DNA of 64,000 nt, from NCBI GenBank assembly GCA_038874135.1, contig JAVZCZ010000001.1:768001-832000 (forward strand), in the 5' to 3' direction. This stretch comes from Candidatus Woesearchaeota archaeon. Its GTDB lineage: Archaea > Nanobdellota > Nanobdellia > Woesearchaeales > 0-14-0-80-44-23. Positions 1 to 10,671 of this stretch are shown piece after piece. The notes below the pieces were generated by a model. The model searched no databases. It was not told the origin of the DNA and saw nothing but the letters and a program-made list of their open reading frames with translations. How positions within the stretch are numbered: position 1 is the stretch's first letter; each line of letters starts with the position of its first letter. A program made the translations under genes and the position numbers.

Positions 1-1
1 G

Positions 2-1870
2 AATTATTTCACTATAAATCCTATAAGTGAGGGAGTTCATACTTGGAGTGTTAACTGCACTGATTCAGATTGGAATACTTACATGCCGCCAGCCTTTACT
101 CTTTATATTGACCGCACCCCGCCAACAATTGTTATAGAATCTCCTGTCAACCTGTCTGTTTTTTCAATTCCAGATGTAACCTTCAACTTTACTGCGATTG
201 ACATGTTATCAGATAATATTTCGTGCAAAATAACTATAAATGGTAATTTGAACAGAACTATAACAGTACAGAATGATACTCCTTACAATTTCACGATTGT
301 AAAAATGTCAGATAATATCTATTATTGGAATGTGTCCTGCTCAGATTTAGCCGGAAATGCAAATGCTAGCAACACCATGCAGTTTACTGTAAGCGCTATT
401 CCTTCAATAATTCCCATATCGCCTGCCAACTTAAGTTGGAGTGAAGTATCACAGATAACATTTTACTTTAATGCAACCGACAACGATGGGCTTTCTAATT
501 GCACTTTACTAATTAATGGTGTAGCAAATCAGACAAAATCTTCAGGTTTAATAAATGGTGGCATAAACAATATCACTTCTACTCTTACTGAAGGAGAATA
601 TGATTGGAGTATCGCTTGTACAGATTCGGGCATATTCTATAATCTCAACTTGTCCGCTCCTCAAAAGATTTTTGTTGATCTAAATTCCCCGCTGATTGTT
701 CTTTACGCCCCTCTCAGCGGTAGCATTACTGAAAATAATTCTCCAGTTCTAAATTTTACTGCTTCAGACACGATGTACCCAATTATGTATTGCAACATTA
801 CTCTTGACGGAAAATTGAAACAATCTTATATTGAATTATATAACAACACACCTTATGCAGAAGCTACCTATAATTTATCTGCAGGAACTCATTACTGGAA
901 TGTTAGCTGCTGGGACTATGTAAACCATACGGGCTTTAGCGAAACCTGGAACTTTACAGTTCCACTGCCAGACATCACAGTTTCAGCAATTGAATTCATT
1001 TATAATACCACAAACCCAGAAGAAGGCAAACAGCTGATGATAAATGCAACTGTAGAAAATTTAGGGAAGTCCAATGCAAACAATTTCTTAGTGCAATTCT
1101 TTGACGGAAATCCCGAAGATGGGGGAATTCAGATTGGAAACAATATAACAATGAGTTTACAGCCGCTATCTGCTTCATACGCAATTATGAATTGGACTGC
1201 CTCCTTGGGAACTCACAATATATTCGTGCTAGTAGATCCTCCAATAGCAACCAATGGAACGGTACAAGAAGAAAATGAGAGTAACAACATAGCTAATAAA
1301 ACAATACTCATACAAAGTTGGCATTTCATCTACGGTAACCTTAGCGGAGAATTAGGACTTAGCAGCCAGCTCTATTCGCTGTTATTCCTCTGGAATGTTA
1401 GCGACGCCAACAATAGTAATATATTTGCAGTTGACTCTGACAGCAATATTGATTGGGGAAGTCTAAAACCATTAGGATTGGATGTGAATAATCAAGCATC
1501 TCCCTACGACTTTTCAGTTCTAGACCAAAAACTAGGTATGTCAAATTATGAAGATTCAATAAACTCAACTTACACCGAGGGAGAATCTCCCAAAATGACA
1601 GAAACATTTACAATATACGGAAAGCAGATAGAAAATGTTCCGGTAGCATATTCAATTAACAGCTCCAATTTTAAAACAGGAATACTGTGGGACACTTCCG
1701 ATGGGAACACATACTTTAACGGAACTCAGGATGTAGTTTTTGTAACTAAAACCAATATGAACGCACAGGGCAGTTTTGATCAGACAGACTACGAAATGCG
1801 CATCCCATCTAACTTGAAAAATTATATTGGCTCAAATCCAACAGTAGCATTATACTTAGAGATAAGATGA
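2..1870 (+). CDS. Large secreted Ig-repeat surface protein (5'-truncated by window edge) with CARDB domain and C-terminal family-A subunit-like domain
   Basis: Frame is open from position 2 (NYFTINPISEGVHTWSVNCTD...). Repeats of C-x-L-x-I-NG...Y-x-W-x3-C-x-D-x2-GN. CARDB-like segment (LPDITV...VENLG...VDP...EENESNN). Many N-x-S/T sequons. Confidence 0.85.
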   Translation, partial: NYFTINPISEGVHTWSVNCTDSDWNTYMPPAFTLYIDRTPPTIVIESPVNLSVFSIPDVTFNFTAIDMLSDNISCKITINGNLNRTITVQNDTPYNFTIVKMSDNIYYWNVSCSDLAGNANASNTMQFTVSAIPSIIPISPANLSWSEVSQITFYFNATDNDGLSNCTLLINGVANQTKSSGLINGGINNITSTLTEGEYDWSIACTDSGIFYNLNLSAPQKIFVDLNSPLIVLYAPLSGSITENNSPVLNFTASDTMYPIMYCNITLDGKLKQSYIELYNNTPYAEATYNLSAGTHYWNVSCWDYVNHTGFSETWNFTVPLPDITVSAIEFIYNTTNPEEGKQLMINATVENLGKSNANNFLVQFFDGNPEDGGIQIGNNITMSLQPLSASYAIMNWTASLGTHNIFVLVDPPIATNGTVQEENESNNIANKTILIQSWHFIYGNLSGELGLSSQLYSLLFLWNVSDANNSNIFAVDSDSNIDWGSLKPLGLDVNNQASPYDFSVLDQKLGMSNYEDSINSTYTEGESPKMTETFTIYGKQIENVPVAYSINSSNFKTGILWDTSDGNTYFNGTQDVVFVTKTNMNAQGSFDQTDYEMRIPSNLKNYIGSNPTVALYLEIR

Positions 1871-4800
1871 AACGCAGCATAACTTTTGGAATAATTTTTC
1901 TACTTTTAATAGCATTATCTCTAAAAATTTCCAGTGCGAGCTGTCCGGAAATAATACTTTCATCCAACACCACTATAAAAGATGTAGATATAAAAATAAA
2001 AGTTTCAGGGCAGACACAAGAGTCAGAATTAGTGATAAGAACGCCTTCAGGTCCGTATCGTCTTTTAGGAGATATTCCTTCCCTTACAAGCTTTACTCCA
2101 AAAGATGTAGGTAACTACTCTGTTGAAGTTTGGCAGGACAAAGTGCTGTGTGACATAAAAAATTTTACCGCACTACCTCACAATAACTCGACACTATTCC
2201 TTCCGCCAATACTTTCCACAGATAAAAAAGAATACCACTTAGGTGAAGCTGTTAGAATTTCACTCTCACCAGAATATTACGGTTACTCAATTGAAGGTTT
2301 AAATTTAAAACTGTTGACAGGACAGCAATCCTACTCTCTCTTAGGGGAAATATCTGAGGATATAGAATTCCGACCTGTTTTTGAGGGTAACTATACAATT
2401 CTCTTATTAGACTCCATTGGAAATACTCTTGCTTCTGAAAGCTTTTCCGTCTACGCTTTGAATAGTTACTTTGTTAATAACTTATCTATTAAAAAACGAT
2501 TTTCGGACAAATTTGAATACAACATCAGCACTAATTCAGAAGACATGATTGTTGAATTCTCAAACTCCTTCATTAAAAGACTAAACCTAAAGAAACTATC
2601 TTCAAGTAATCTGGCGATAGTTAGGATTTCAGAGTTACTGCCGGAAGAGAGGAGCCGTCTGAATATTCCTACAATTGGAGGTGAAATTAAAGAATCTTTT
2701 GAATTAGATCCTTCCGCCCTAAACTTTTCAGAAGGTGAACTAACAATTGTCCCTTCAGGAAATGAGCTGTGGAAGTGCACTGATTGGAATTATGATGCTC
2801 AGTATTGTGTCGGAAGTTGGATCAAGCAGCAGAATCTTGTTCCCGGTGTTGAAAATGTAATTAAGTTTAACCTTTCCGATCCAGGATATGCTATTGTTGC
2901 AACTGCTAACATAACTTCAATAGCAGCAGCAACCCTCTCTGAAAACTCTTTTGTAGTAGCATATTGCGATGATACAAATGATAGAACTGCTTTCAAGGTT
3001 TTCTGGGCTAATGGGAGTGTAAGAACTAATGAGGTGATAGTTGATTCAACTACTGGAAATTGTGGTTACACCTCAGTTTCTGTTTCAGCACTTACCAACA
3101 ACTCTTTTGTTATCGGATGGATTGATACTGCCAGCAGTTATGCCAGCTTCGCTGTTTATGATGCCTCTGGAAATGTTATTACTCCAAGGGTGGATGTGGA
3201 TACTACTGCTGGTACTTCCCGTTCTGTGAGTGTGTCTGCTTTTAATAGTTCTGCTTTTGTTTTTGGTTGGTATGATCAGGCTTCTGCTTATGCTTCTTTT
3301 AGGACTTTTAGTTCTTCTGGTGTGGCTATTTCTTCTGTTGTTAATGTGGATACTACTGCTGGTACTTGTAATGCTGTTTCTGTTTCTGCGGTTAATTCTT
3401 CTGCTTTTGTTTTTGGCTGGTATGATCAGGCTTCTTCTGATATGACTTTTCGTACTTATACTTCTTCTGGCGTTGCGATTTCTGCCGTGACTGATGTGAA
3501 TACTAAGGTGGGTACTGGTTCTTTTTCTGTTTCTGTTGCTGCTTATAATTCTAGTGCTTTTGTTATTGTTTGGTATGATCAGAGGCTGGGTTATGTTAGT
3601 TTTCGTCAGTATTCTGTTGCTGGTGTTCAGATTGGGAGTCAGGTTAATCCGGATACTGCTGTTGGGACTACTGCTTCTGGTGTTTTTGTTTCTTCTGTTG
3701 GTGTGAATTCTAGTGTTTTTGCTGTGGGTTGGAATGATTTGACTACTGATGTTGTTAGTTCTGTGAGGACTTATAGTGGTGCTGGTGCTGCTGTTTCTTC
3801 TGAGGTGGTTGTGCAGGCTAATGCTTTGAAGTATAATGCTCTTGCCGGCTACTACCCTGCTACAGGCATAGGTTTCTGCAATGGAAACTTTGTAGCAATA
3901 ATTGTTAATACTTCTTCGCAGGCATTTTTTAAAGCATACATGCCTAATGGAAGCGAATGGGACGGAAACTGTCCTGATGTTATACCGCCTCAAGTTGTTC
4001 TGAATAGTCCTCAGCAAGCCGCTGTCTTCTATAGTGATACTGTGGATTTTAATTTTACAGTAACCGACAATGTAGATTTAGTAATTCCAAACTGTACCCT
4101 TTGGATAAACACTTCATCAACATTCTCTCCAAACATAACAATTTACAATATAACCTCTAATAAGATGAACAACATAACTCTATCTCAAATTCCAGACAAC
4201 AAATACATTTGGAATGTCAGGTGTTATGACAATGCAGGCAACTCAGCATTTGCTTCTTCAAATTTTTCATTATTTATCAACAAGAATCCACCTCAAATCT
4301 TGAACCCCCTCCTGAATGAAAGTACAGTAAATCAGAGCCATTCAGTAAAGTTTAATGTCTCAATAACCGATTCATATGGTATAGACTCTGCATATATAAC
4401 TATGATGTACCCAAACGGTTCATCAAATAATTATTATCTTAATAGAAGTGGGAATGAATTTTACTTCATAATTAATAATACAATCCAGATAGGAACATAT
4501 TCTGTGATATATGTGTGGGCTAATGATACCCTCGGACAAAACTCTTCTCTAACCCTTTCAGATCTCCAGTTTAATGTCACGCCTTCACCACCTGCTCAAT
4601 TCAACCTTTTAAGTCCCCCGAATGCAACAGAGTCAACAAACCTGCGACCAAACTTGACTTGGGAGACATCTTACGATGAGACATTCCTTAATTATACTAT
4701 TCAGATTTCTCAGGATGAAAACTTCGCAACAGTACTCTTTACATATTATAATCCGGGTGTTTATAATACTTCAAGAGTGCTGGATTATGCCCTAGAAGCG

Positions 4801-7800
4801 AATAAGAAATATTACTGGCAAGTTATTGCATACGACACCTTTGGCAATTATAAATATTCAACAAATTACTTCTCATACATAACTGACACTTTGGCACCTT
4901 CCATCGTGCTAAATATGCCGGGAAATCTTTCATTCATAAATTCTACACAAGTCAACTTTACATTTACACCTTCAGATGCTAACACGATATCAAGATGTAC
5001 TCTCTACCTAAATGTCACAGGAGCATTCCTCCCTAACACAAGTATAACTCAAGTTGTTAAAGACACTCCAAATTTAATACAAGCTGAAATTAAAGATGAG
5101 GGCGCCCACTTGTGGAATATCCTGTGTAATGATAGCGCAGGAAATTCTGCGTTTGCTCCTCAGAACTTCACCTTTATTTCAGATCTTAACCCGCCCTCAA
5201 TACAACTATTAAGTCCTCCCAACGGCAGTACATACAACATTTCCAATTTTGTAAATTTCACTATAAATGCATCTGATAGGATATCCGCAGTATACCGCTG
5301 CACACTCATAATAAATGGACAGCCCGTTCTTACTTCTTATTCTGTGCAGGACGGAGTGCCATACACATTTCAGTATTTCTTGCTGAATGGAAATTACTCC
5401 TGGCAGGCAGAATGTTACGACTTAAACGGTCATTCAAACCTTTCTTATTCCTACAACATTTCAGTTTTAGTTATTGATTCAGTACCTCCAATCGTAACCT
5501 TAACTAGCCCCGCACAGGACCAATACCTTTCCAGTAAAACAGTACTATTCAATTATACTCCGCAAGACGCTACTGGAATAAAGAACTGCACCCTATTTAT
5601 TGATGGCAATGAAAACGAAACTGACTTTTCTGTTAGGAACTTGGAACCAAACTACTTCTTATTAGAATACTTAGAGGACGGGGTTCATAACTGGACTGTG
5701 CTCTGCTTTGACAATAGCAGCCAGCAGAACAGCTACGCACCCACCCCTGTAAGGTTCTCAATAGATACAACTCCGCCATCAGTAATTCTTATCTCTCCAG
5801 AAGATGGAGTTCTTACTAATAATTCTCTAGTCACCTTTGTATACGCACCATCAGATGCAAATCTTGAAAATTGCTCCCTCTACACTAATTCTTCTAGCGA
5901 GTGGATGATGGAATCAACAGACTTCTACCCAATTAATAATCAGCAGAATGTTTTTCAAAAATCAGTTGCGGATGGAGTTCTCGTTTGGAATGTTGTTTGT
6001 TATGATAAGGGCGGGCTCTCCAGCTTTGCTGACTTTAACCGAACATTGAATGTTGATACAACTCCGCCGCGATACGCCAATATAACTCTGATCCCGACAA
6101 GCCCAACTGAATATTCACCTTATGGGGAGTATTACTTTAATATAACATGGATTGATGATTTTAATTTGTCATCTGTATATTTTGAGAGCAACTTTTCAGG
6201 AACCTTTGAGAATGAGAGTCCCAACCACTTTGAAAACATTTACTATGTTCACAAGACAGGTCTTAACTCAGGAACATACCAGATTAGGTGGTACGCTACT
6301 GATTCGGCAAAAAATCAGAACGAAACCCCGGCAATTCAGTATGATATAACTAAAGCAGAGCCTAACCTTACTTTAAAAATAAACAATTATTCTTATAATT
6401 TGACTGTTGAGGAAGATAGCATAGTTAATATCTCAGCAGAGCTCTTAGAGCCACCCGGAGCATACCTCTCTATTTATATTAACAATAATCTCATTACTAA
6501 CGGAACTTCTCCTATTTATACTACTTACAACTTTACAGAGCCTGGATCTTATAATGTTACTGCGAGCTTTGAAGGAAGCCAAAACTACCTTTCAGCATTC
6601 AGAACAATAATTGTAAATGTCTCAGACACTACACCCCCAATTATAGTTCCCATCTTCCCGCAGAATAACTCATTCATAGGGGAAAATCACATTGTATTTT
6701 CTTACAATGTAACTGACAGCAGCCAAATTGCCAACTGTTCTTTATTCATAAATAGAACATTAAACCAGAGCAATACCAGCATACAGAATGGAATAAACTA
6801 CTTTGAAGTTGACTTTCAAGATGGCAACTACTCCTGGCACCTCTCCTGTTATGACGAGTTTTCAAACTATGCTGAAAGCCCGGAGATATACTTCACTTCA
6901 ATAAGGTCAGATAAAATAATTGCTTCAGCACATCCTCAACAGCCGCAGTACCAAAAGGGTGAAACGGCAATACTTATAGGAAATACTACGAGCATCTTCG
7001 GAACACCATTAGATACAAATATTTATGCTAATGTAATAAGAGGCAATACTACGATAGAATGGTGGAACACTTCATTCAAATACAGAAGGCCTATATTTAT
7101 AAATAACTCAATGAACGCTTCAACATACTTGCAGGCGCTAATCAACATTTCAAACCTTAGCGCTTCAATTTCTAACTGTTCTGAACTCAGAATTGTAATG
7201 AACAACTCTTTTGAGCACACCCTAATCCCCTCAGAAGTACTCTTAGAAGAGGGAAATGCTTCGTGCCTGCTAAGATTTAATGCGAATGCTTCTGCACTCG
7301 CCACGAATGAGAACAACTACTATGTATATTACGGAAACTCAGGAGCAGGAGCCCAGCAGCAGCTTCCAGAACTTGCAGGCATATCAGTACAGCGTAAGTC
7401 TGTTGTGGGAACTACAACTTCAATCACTGATACGATGAGTGAGGTGAATACTTCAAGAGCGTTCCTGCTTTTCAGCGCCAATGTCGCCAGCTCAACTCCT
7501 GCAGTTTGGGAAATAACGGGAAGAATATTATCCTCAACGCAGGTAGTGTTTGAAAGATACTCGGGAACCACATCTGCAAATATATCCTGGCAGGTTATAG
7601 AAGGCTCAGAGATTAATGTGCAGAGGGGAACCGCATCATTTGGAGCTACACAATCAAATACTACAATACTTATAGATAGTGTTAATCTAAACGAGTCTTT
7701 CATAATAATAACCGGAAGGACCAGCAGCACCACAGCAGGGAATGCAAACATGGGCTTCTTTAGGGCAATGTTCCTTAACTCTACTGCAATTTATATTGAA

Positions 7801-9705
7801 AGGGCTACAACTGGAAGCACTGCTGTTGCAGAATGGCAGGTAGTTTCGTGGAGTGGTGCGAGAGTGCAGAGTGGAAACATCTCTTTCATAACAGCTTCGC
7901 AGAGCGTCCCCATAGAAGAGGTTAATCTTTCCAGGAGCATGCTGATATTCAGCACTGCTGTAACTGGCAACACCAGGATAGGAGCTAACATGATTTTTGG
8001 CAACTTTACCAATTCCACAACAGCATACTTCTCAAGAACGAATGCTGCAGGAACAGCATATGTTTCCTGGTTTGCAGTTGAGCTTCCCCAATACTACTCA
8101 GTACAAGCCGGAACAGTTTCAATCACAGCAGATACCAATGTTCAAATATACCCCGTGCGCACTGAGAAGACATTTCATCTGCACTCAGCTTCAGCAGTAG
8201 GAGCAACCAGCACTACCTACTCTGATGCCCTAATAAGAGCCGAGCTAACAAATAGCTCAAATCTTATGCTGGATAAGGTGTCTGGCACAAATACCAACTA
8301 TGTTGCCTGGTTTGTAGTAGAAGAAAAATATCTTTCAGCTAATTCGGGAATGGAAGAAGCTTTAATGGCATACAACTACAACTCCACATTGACAGGGCTT
8401 TACACTCTAAGTTGGGTTTCCGGAAAGAGCCCGGTGGGCAACTACACCTTTGTATACTCTGCAACAAAAACTAATTACTCATCTGCAAGGGCATACTCCA
8501 CATTTGAGATAATTCCAGACACAACTCCGCCCAATGTTACGCTTGTAAGCCCACTTCAACTTGAAAAGAGGGGCGTCGGAAATATAATCTTTTCCTACAT
8601 ACCTTATGACTTGAACCTTCTAAACTGCACACTCTACCTTGGAAAGGACGGAACTTTTTCTCCGAACATTACGAGCACGAGTCCAATAAATAATGCAGTA
8701 AACAATCTTTCAGTATACTTAGACATCGGATTATACACTTGGAATGTGCTTTGTAGGGACAGTGAAGGAAACTCTGCATTTGCTCTGCAGAACAGGACAC
8801 TTAACATAACAGGCCCAGACCTATACCCTGTTGCTGTTTGGTTTAGCAACACGCCCAGGATTGAGACCGTTAACACAACCATCTTTGTTAACATTTCTAA
8901 TAAGGGGCTTTCTGATTGTACTAAAAACTTCACTGTTGAGTTCAGGAGAAGTGGGCTGCTCATAGGCAATCTGAGTGTGCAGGGGCTGCTGATTGGCGAA
9001 GTTAAAAGCTTGAACTCTTCATTCCTGTTAGGTCCCGGCATTAATAATTTAAGTATTAGCATAGATCCTGATAACAGGATTAACGAGTCGGACGAGTCAA
9101 ACAACAATGCTTATGAGGTTATTGCTGTTGAGTTTTATCAGTACTATTACGGAAATCTTAGCTTTTTACAGGTTTTGAGCAAGTCCTCAAACGAGTCTGT
9201 ATTCACTTGGGAAAATTCAAATCCTGAAGATGGGGTTATTTTAGTTGCTGATATTGATTCAAAATTTGAGATTGGAAACTTAAGAGCCCTGACTCGGAAT
9301 GCAAATGGGGATCCAGTTATAAATGATCTTTCAGAATTGGATGAGGCTTTTAATTCTTCAAATCTTAACGATTCTATTAAGAATGTGTGGGGAAACGGCA
9401 CTGACATTCCAATAATGACTGCCAACTTTACGATAGGACAGTTTAATATTTCTAACGTTCCGGTAGCATATTCCAGAAATTCCACTTCTTCAATTACGGG
9501 AATACTCTGGGACTCTGCAGATGATTTAAGCCACAACCTTCAGTATGACAGCTCTGATAGGGAAGATATAGTTCTAATCACAAAGATTCACCCGTTAGCA
9601 GACTGTTCTTTTGGTAGCTGCAATTATGAGATAAGAATTCCAGCAGCTCTACGCTCTTACAAGCCTAACACCGACCTCGTAGTTTTTTACACCATGCTAA
9701 ACTGA
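1867..9705 (+). CDS. Giant (2612 aa) secreted adhesin-like protein: beta-propeller-like repeats, ~10 Cys-bridged Ig-like repeats, DUF2341-like segment, three VQxG beta-repeats, CARDB, C-terminal family-A domain
   Basis: Signal peptide. ~50-aa FVxGWYD repeats, DTTPP-linked Ig repeats, WWNTSFKYRRPI...YYVYYGN, GPDLY...NESDESNN. Start overlaps upstream stop (ATGA). No C-terminal TM helix. Confidence 0.85.
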   Translation: MKRSITFGIIFLLLIALSLKISSASCPEIILSSNTTIKDVDIKIKVSGQTQESELVIRTPSGPYRLLGDIPSLTSFTPKDVGNYSVEVWQDKVLCDIKNFTALPHNNSTLFLPPILSTDKKEYHLGEAVRISLSPEYYGYSIEGLNLKLLTGQQSYSLLGEISEDIEFRPVFEGNYTILLLDSIGNTLASESFSVYALNSYFVNNLSIKKRFSDKFEYNISTNSEDMIVEFSNSFIKRLNLKKLSSSNLAIVRISELLPEERSRLNIPTIGGEIKESFELDPSALNFSEGELTIVPSGNELWKCTDWNYDAQYCVGSWIKQQNLVPGVENVIKFNLSDPGYAIVATANITSIAAATLSENSFVVAYCDDTNDRTAFKVFWANGSVRTNEVIVDSTTGNCGYTSVSVSALTNNSFVIGWIDTASSYASFAVYDASGNVITPRVDVDTTAGTSRSVSVSAFNSSAFVFGWYDQASAYASFRTFSSSGVAISSVVNVDTTAGTCNAVSVSAVNSSAFVFGWYDQASSDMTFRTYTSSGVAISAVTDVNTKVGTGSFSVSVAAYNSSAFVIVWYDQRLGYVSFRQYSVAGVQIGSQVNPDTAVGTTASGVFVSSVGVNSSVFAVGWNDLTTDVVSSVRTYSGAGAAVSSEVVVQANALKYNALAGYYPATGIGFCNGNFVAIIVNTSSQAFFKAYMPNGSEWDGNCPDVIPPQVVLNSPQQAAVFYSDTVDFNFTVTDNVDLVIPNCTLWINTSSTFSPNITIYNITSNKMNNITLSQIPDNKYIWNVRCYDNAGNSAFASSNFSLFINKNPPQILNPLLNESTVNQSHSVKFNVSITDSYGIDSAYITMMYPNGSSNNYYLNRSGNEFYFIINNTIQIGTYSVIYVWANDTLGQNSSLTLSDLQFNVTPSPPAQFNLLSPPNATESTNLRPNLTWETSYDETFLNYTIQISQDENFATVLFTYYNPGVYNTSRVLDYALEANKKYYWQVIAYDTFGNYKYSTNYFSYITDTLAPSIVLNMPGNLSFINSTQVNFTFTPSDANTISRCTLYLNVTGAFLPNTSITQVVKDTPNLIQAEIKDEGAHLWNILCNDSAGNSAFAPQNFTFISDLNPPSIQLLSPPNGSTYNISNFVNFTINASDRISAVYRCTLIINGQPVLTSYSVQDGVPYTFQYFLLNGNYSWQAECYDLNGHSNLSYSYNISVLVIDSVPPIVTLTSPAQDQYLSSKTVLFNYTPQDATGIKNCTLFIDGNENETDFSVRNLEPNYFLLEYLEDGVHNWTVLCFDNSSQQNSYAPTPVRFSIDTTPPSVILISPEDGVLTNNSLVTFVYAPSDANLENCSLYTNSSSEWMMESTDFYPINNQQNVFQKSVADGVLVWNVVCYDKGGLSSFADFNRTLNVDTTPPRYANITLIPTSPTEYSPYGEYYFNITWIDDFNLSSVYFESNFSGTFENESPNHFENIYYVHKTGLNSGTYQIRWYATDSAKNQNETPAIQYDITKAEPNLTLKINNYSYNLTVEEDSIVNISAELLEPPGAYLSIYINNNLITNGTSPIYTTYNFTEPGSYNVTASFEGSQNYLSAFRTIIVNVSDTTPPIIVPIFPQNNSFIGENHIVFSYNVTDSSQIANCSLFINRTLNQSNTSIQNGINYFEVDFQDGNYSWHLSCYDEFSNYAESPEIYFTSIRSDKIIASAHPQQPQYQKGETAILIGNTTSIFGTPLDTNIYANVIRGNTTIEWWNTSFKYRRPIFINNSMNASTYLQALINISNLSASISNCSELRIVMNNSFEHTLIPSEVLLEEGNASCLLRFNANASALATNENNYYVYYGNSGAGAQQQLPELAGISVQRKSVVGTTTSITDTMSEVNTSRAFLLFSANVASSTPAVWEITGRILSSTQVVFERYSGTTSANISWQVIEGSEINVQRGTASFGATQSNTTILIDSVNLNESFIIITGRTSSTTAGNANMGFFRAMFLNSTAIYIERATTGSTAVAEWQVVSWSGARVQSGNISFITASQSVPIEEVNLSRSMLIFSTAVTGNTRIGANMIFGNFTNSTTAYFSRTNAAGTAYVSWFAVELPQYYSVQAGTVSITADTNVQIYPVRTEKTFHLHSASAVGATSTTYSDALIRAELTNSSNLMLDKVSGTNTNYVAWFVVEEKYLSANSGMEEALMAYNYNSTLTGLYTLSWVSGKSPVGNYTFVYSATKTNYSSARAYSTFEIIPDTTPPNVTLVSPLQLEKRGVGNIIFSYIPYDLNLLNCTLYLGKDGTFSPNITSTSPINNAVNNLSVYLDIGLYTWNVLCRDSEGNSAFALQNRTLNITGPDLYPVAVWFSNTPRIETVNTTIFVNISNKGLSDCTKNFTVEFRRSGLLIGNLSVQGLLIGEVKSLNSSFLLGPGINNLSISIDPDNRINESDESNNNAYEVIAVEFYQYYYGNLSFLQVLSKSSNESVFTWENSNPEDGVILVADIDSKFEIGNLRALTRNANGDPVINDLSELDEAFNSSNLNDSIKNVWGNGTDIPIMTANFTIGQFNISNVPVAYSRNSTSSITGILWDSADDLSHNLQYDSSDREDIVLITKIHPLADCSFGSCNYEIRIPAALRSYKPNTDLVVFYTMLN
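3187..3842 (+). repeat. 656-bp exact repeat, copy 1 (propeller cassette, G/T-ending codons)
   Basis: Identical by eye to 13768-14423 (offset 10581). Flanks diverge immediately. Confidence 0.95.
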
Positions 9706-9873
9706 GTTCAAATGTTTCTTTACATTTAGTTATCTAGTTTATCTATTAATATATTTAATATAATAAATTAATTATTTTAATTTATTAAGTTAAATATTTT
9801 TTTAATTAATTTATTATTTTAATAACTTAATCAGCAAGTTTTAAAACCCCTATTAACTTATTAAAAATCTAAG

Positions 9874-10368
9874 ATGCCAATTTTAAAGAAAGAGCAACCA
9901 ACTGCATTTCAGGAGCCACCTAAAGAAGTGCCGCCCTTGGCGCGGGAGATAATTGAAAGGAGCAAGATAGCTGGGCATACCGAACTTCCTCAGGAACTTC
10001 CACGAATTGCCGAATTGGTTGAAAGCCCAAAACAGGAATATCCAATACCACAAGAGTCAGCTCACGCTTCCGACGACATAAAAGAAGTGAAAGAACGCCT
10101 TGAACGAATAGAATCCTTGCTCAGAACTGCTGTTCCGGGAAAATATCTCATACTGAGAGATGGGAAAGTACTTAAGAACATTGCCGATTTGAGAAGCGCT
10201 TTAGCCACGATGAGTTCGGAAACATTCAATTTGCATGTCAACTTTGAGAGGAATGACTTTGCAAATTGGGTTAGGAATGTCTTCTTGGAAAAAGAGCTTG
10301 CTGATAAGTTGGATGGAGCCACGAGCAGGGCTCAGATGATTAGAATTTTAAACGAATATTTTGACTGA
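9874..10368 (+). CDS. Soluble protein with Pro/Glu-rich N-terminus, short coiled coil and C-terminal DUF5752-like domain
   Basis: LRDGKVLKNIADL...ETFNLHVNFERNDFANWV motif, similar to the C-terminus of 18553..21087. Confidence 0.7.
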   Translation: MPILKKEQPTAFQEPPKEVPPLAREIIERSKIAGHTELPQELPRIAELVESPKQEYPIPQESAHASDDIKEVKERLERIESLLRTAVPGKYLILRDGKVLKNIADLRSALATMSSETFNLHVNFERNDFANWVRNVFLEKELADKLDGATSRAQMIRILNEYFD

Positions 10369-10543
10369 GAAATTCTTAAGTTTTCTTCTCGTGAAGACAA
10401 AGTTTATTTTTAAACGAAATCCCATTTGAACATTTTTAAGTTATATAATTCTTTATTTTTAATAAAAAAGAATTTTAATCCGTTATAATTAAAAAATAAG
10501 CATTTTAATGGTTTTTTTTATAGATTTTTTATGATTTTTTTTA

Positions 10544-10557
10544 GAAATATTTATATA
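10544..10557 (+). promoter_or_regulatory. Putative BRE/TATA promoter of the subunit operon
   Basis: GAAATA-TTTATATA ~115 bp upstream of 10672, in an AT-rich intergenic region. Confidence 0.5.
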
Positions 10558-10591
10558 TTAGTATACCTTTTTGTAGTTTAAATTAATAAAA

Positions 10592-10636
10592 AAGTTATTG
10601 GTATACTGCAATGATTAAAAAGTATACCAATAGCTT
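10592..10636. promoter_or_regulatory. 16-bp inverted repeat (5'-UTR hairpin or operator)
   Basis: AAGTTATTGGTATACT-N13-AGTATACCAATAGCTT, one G-U pair. Extra AGTATACC half-site at 10560-10567. Confidence 0.6.
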
Positions 10637-10671
10637 ATTTACAAGCTTAAAGCAAGCAAGAGGGTGTCAAC

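Noticed and set aside
3085-4017. 310-aa minus-strand ORF (and its twin 13678..14502), plus Leu-rich plus-strand ORFs at 3230 and 13811
   Set aside because: Shadows of the cassette's codon bias. With no A-ending sense codons, the antiparallel frame has no T-starting codons and so no stops.
9706-10670. AT-rich spacers as a replication origin or CRISPR leader
   Set aside because: No ORB-like repeats, cdc6 gene or repeat-spacer array seen.
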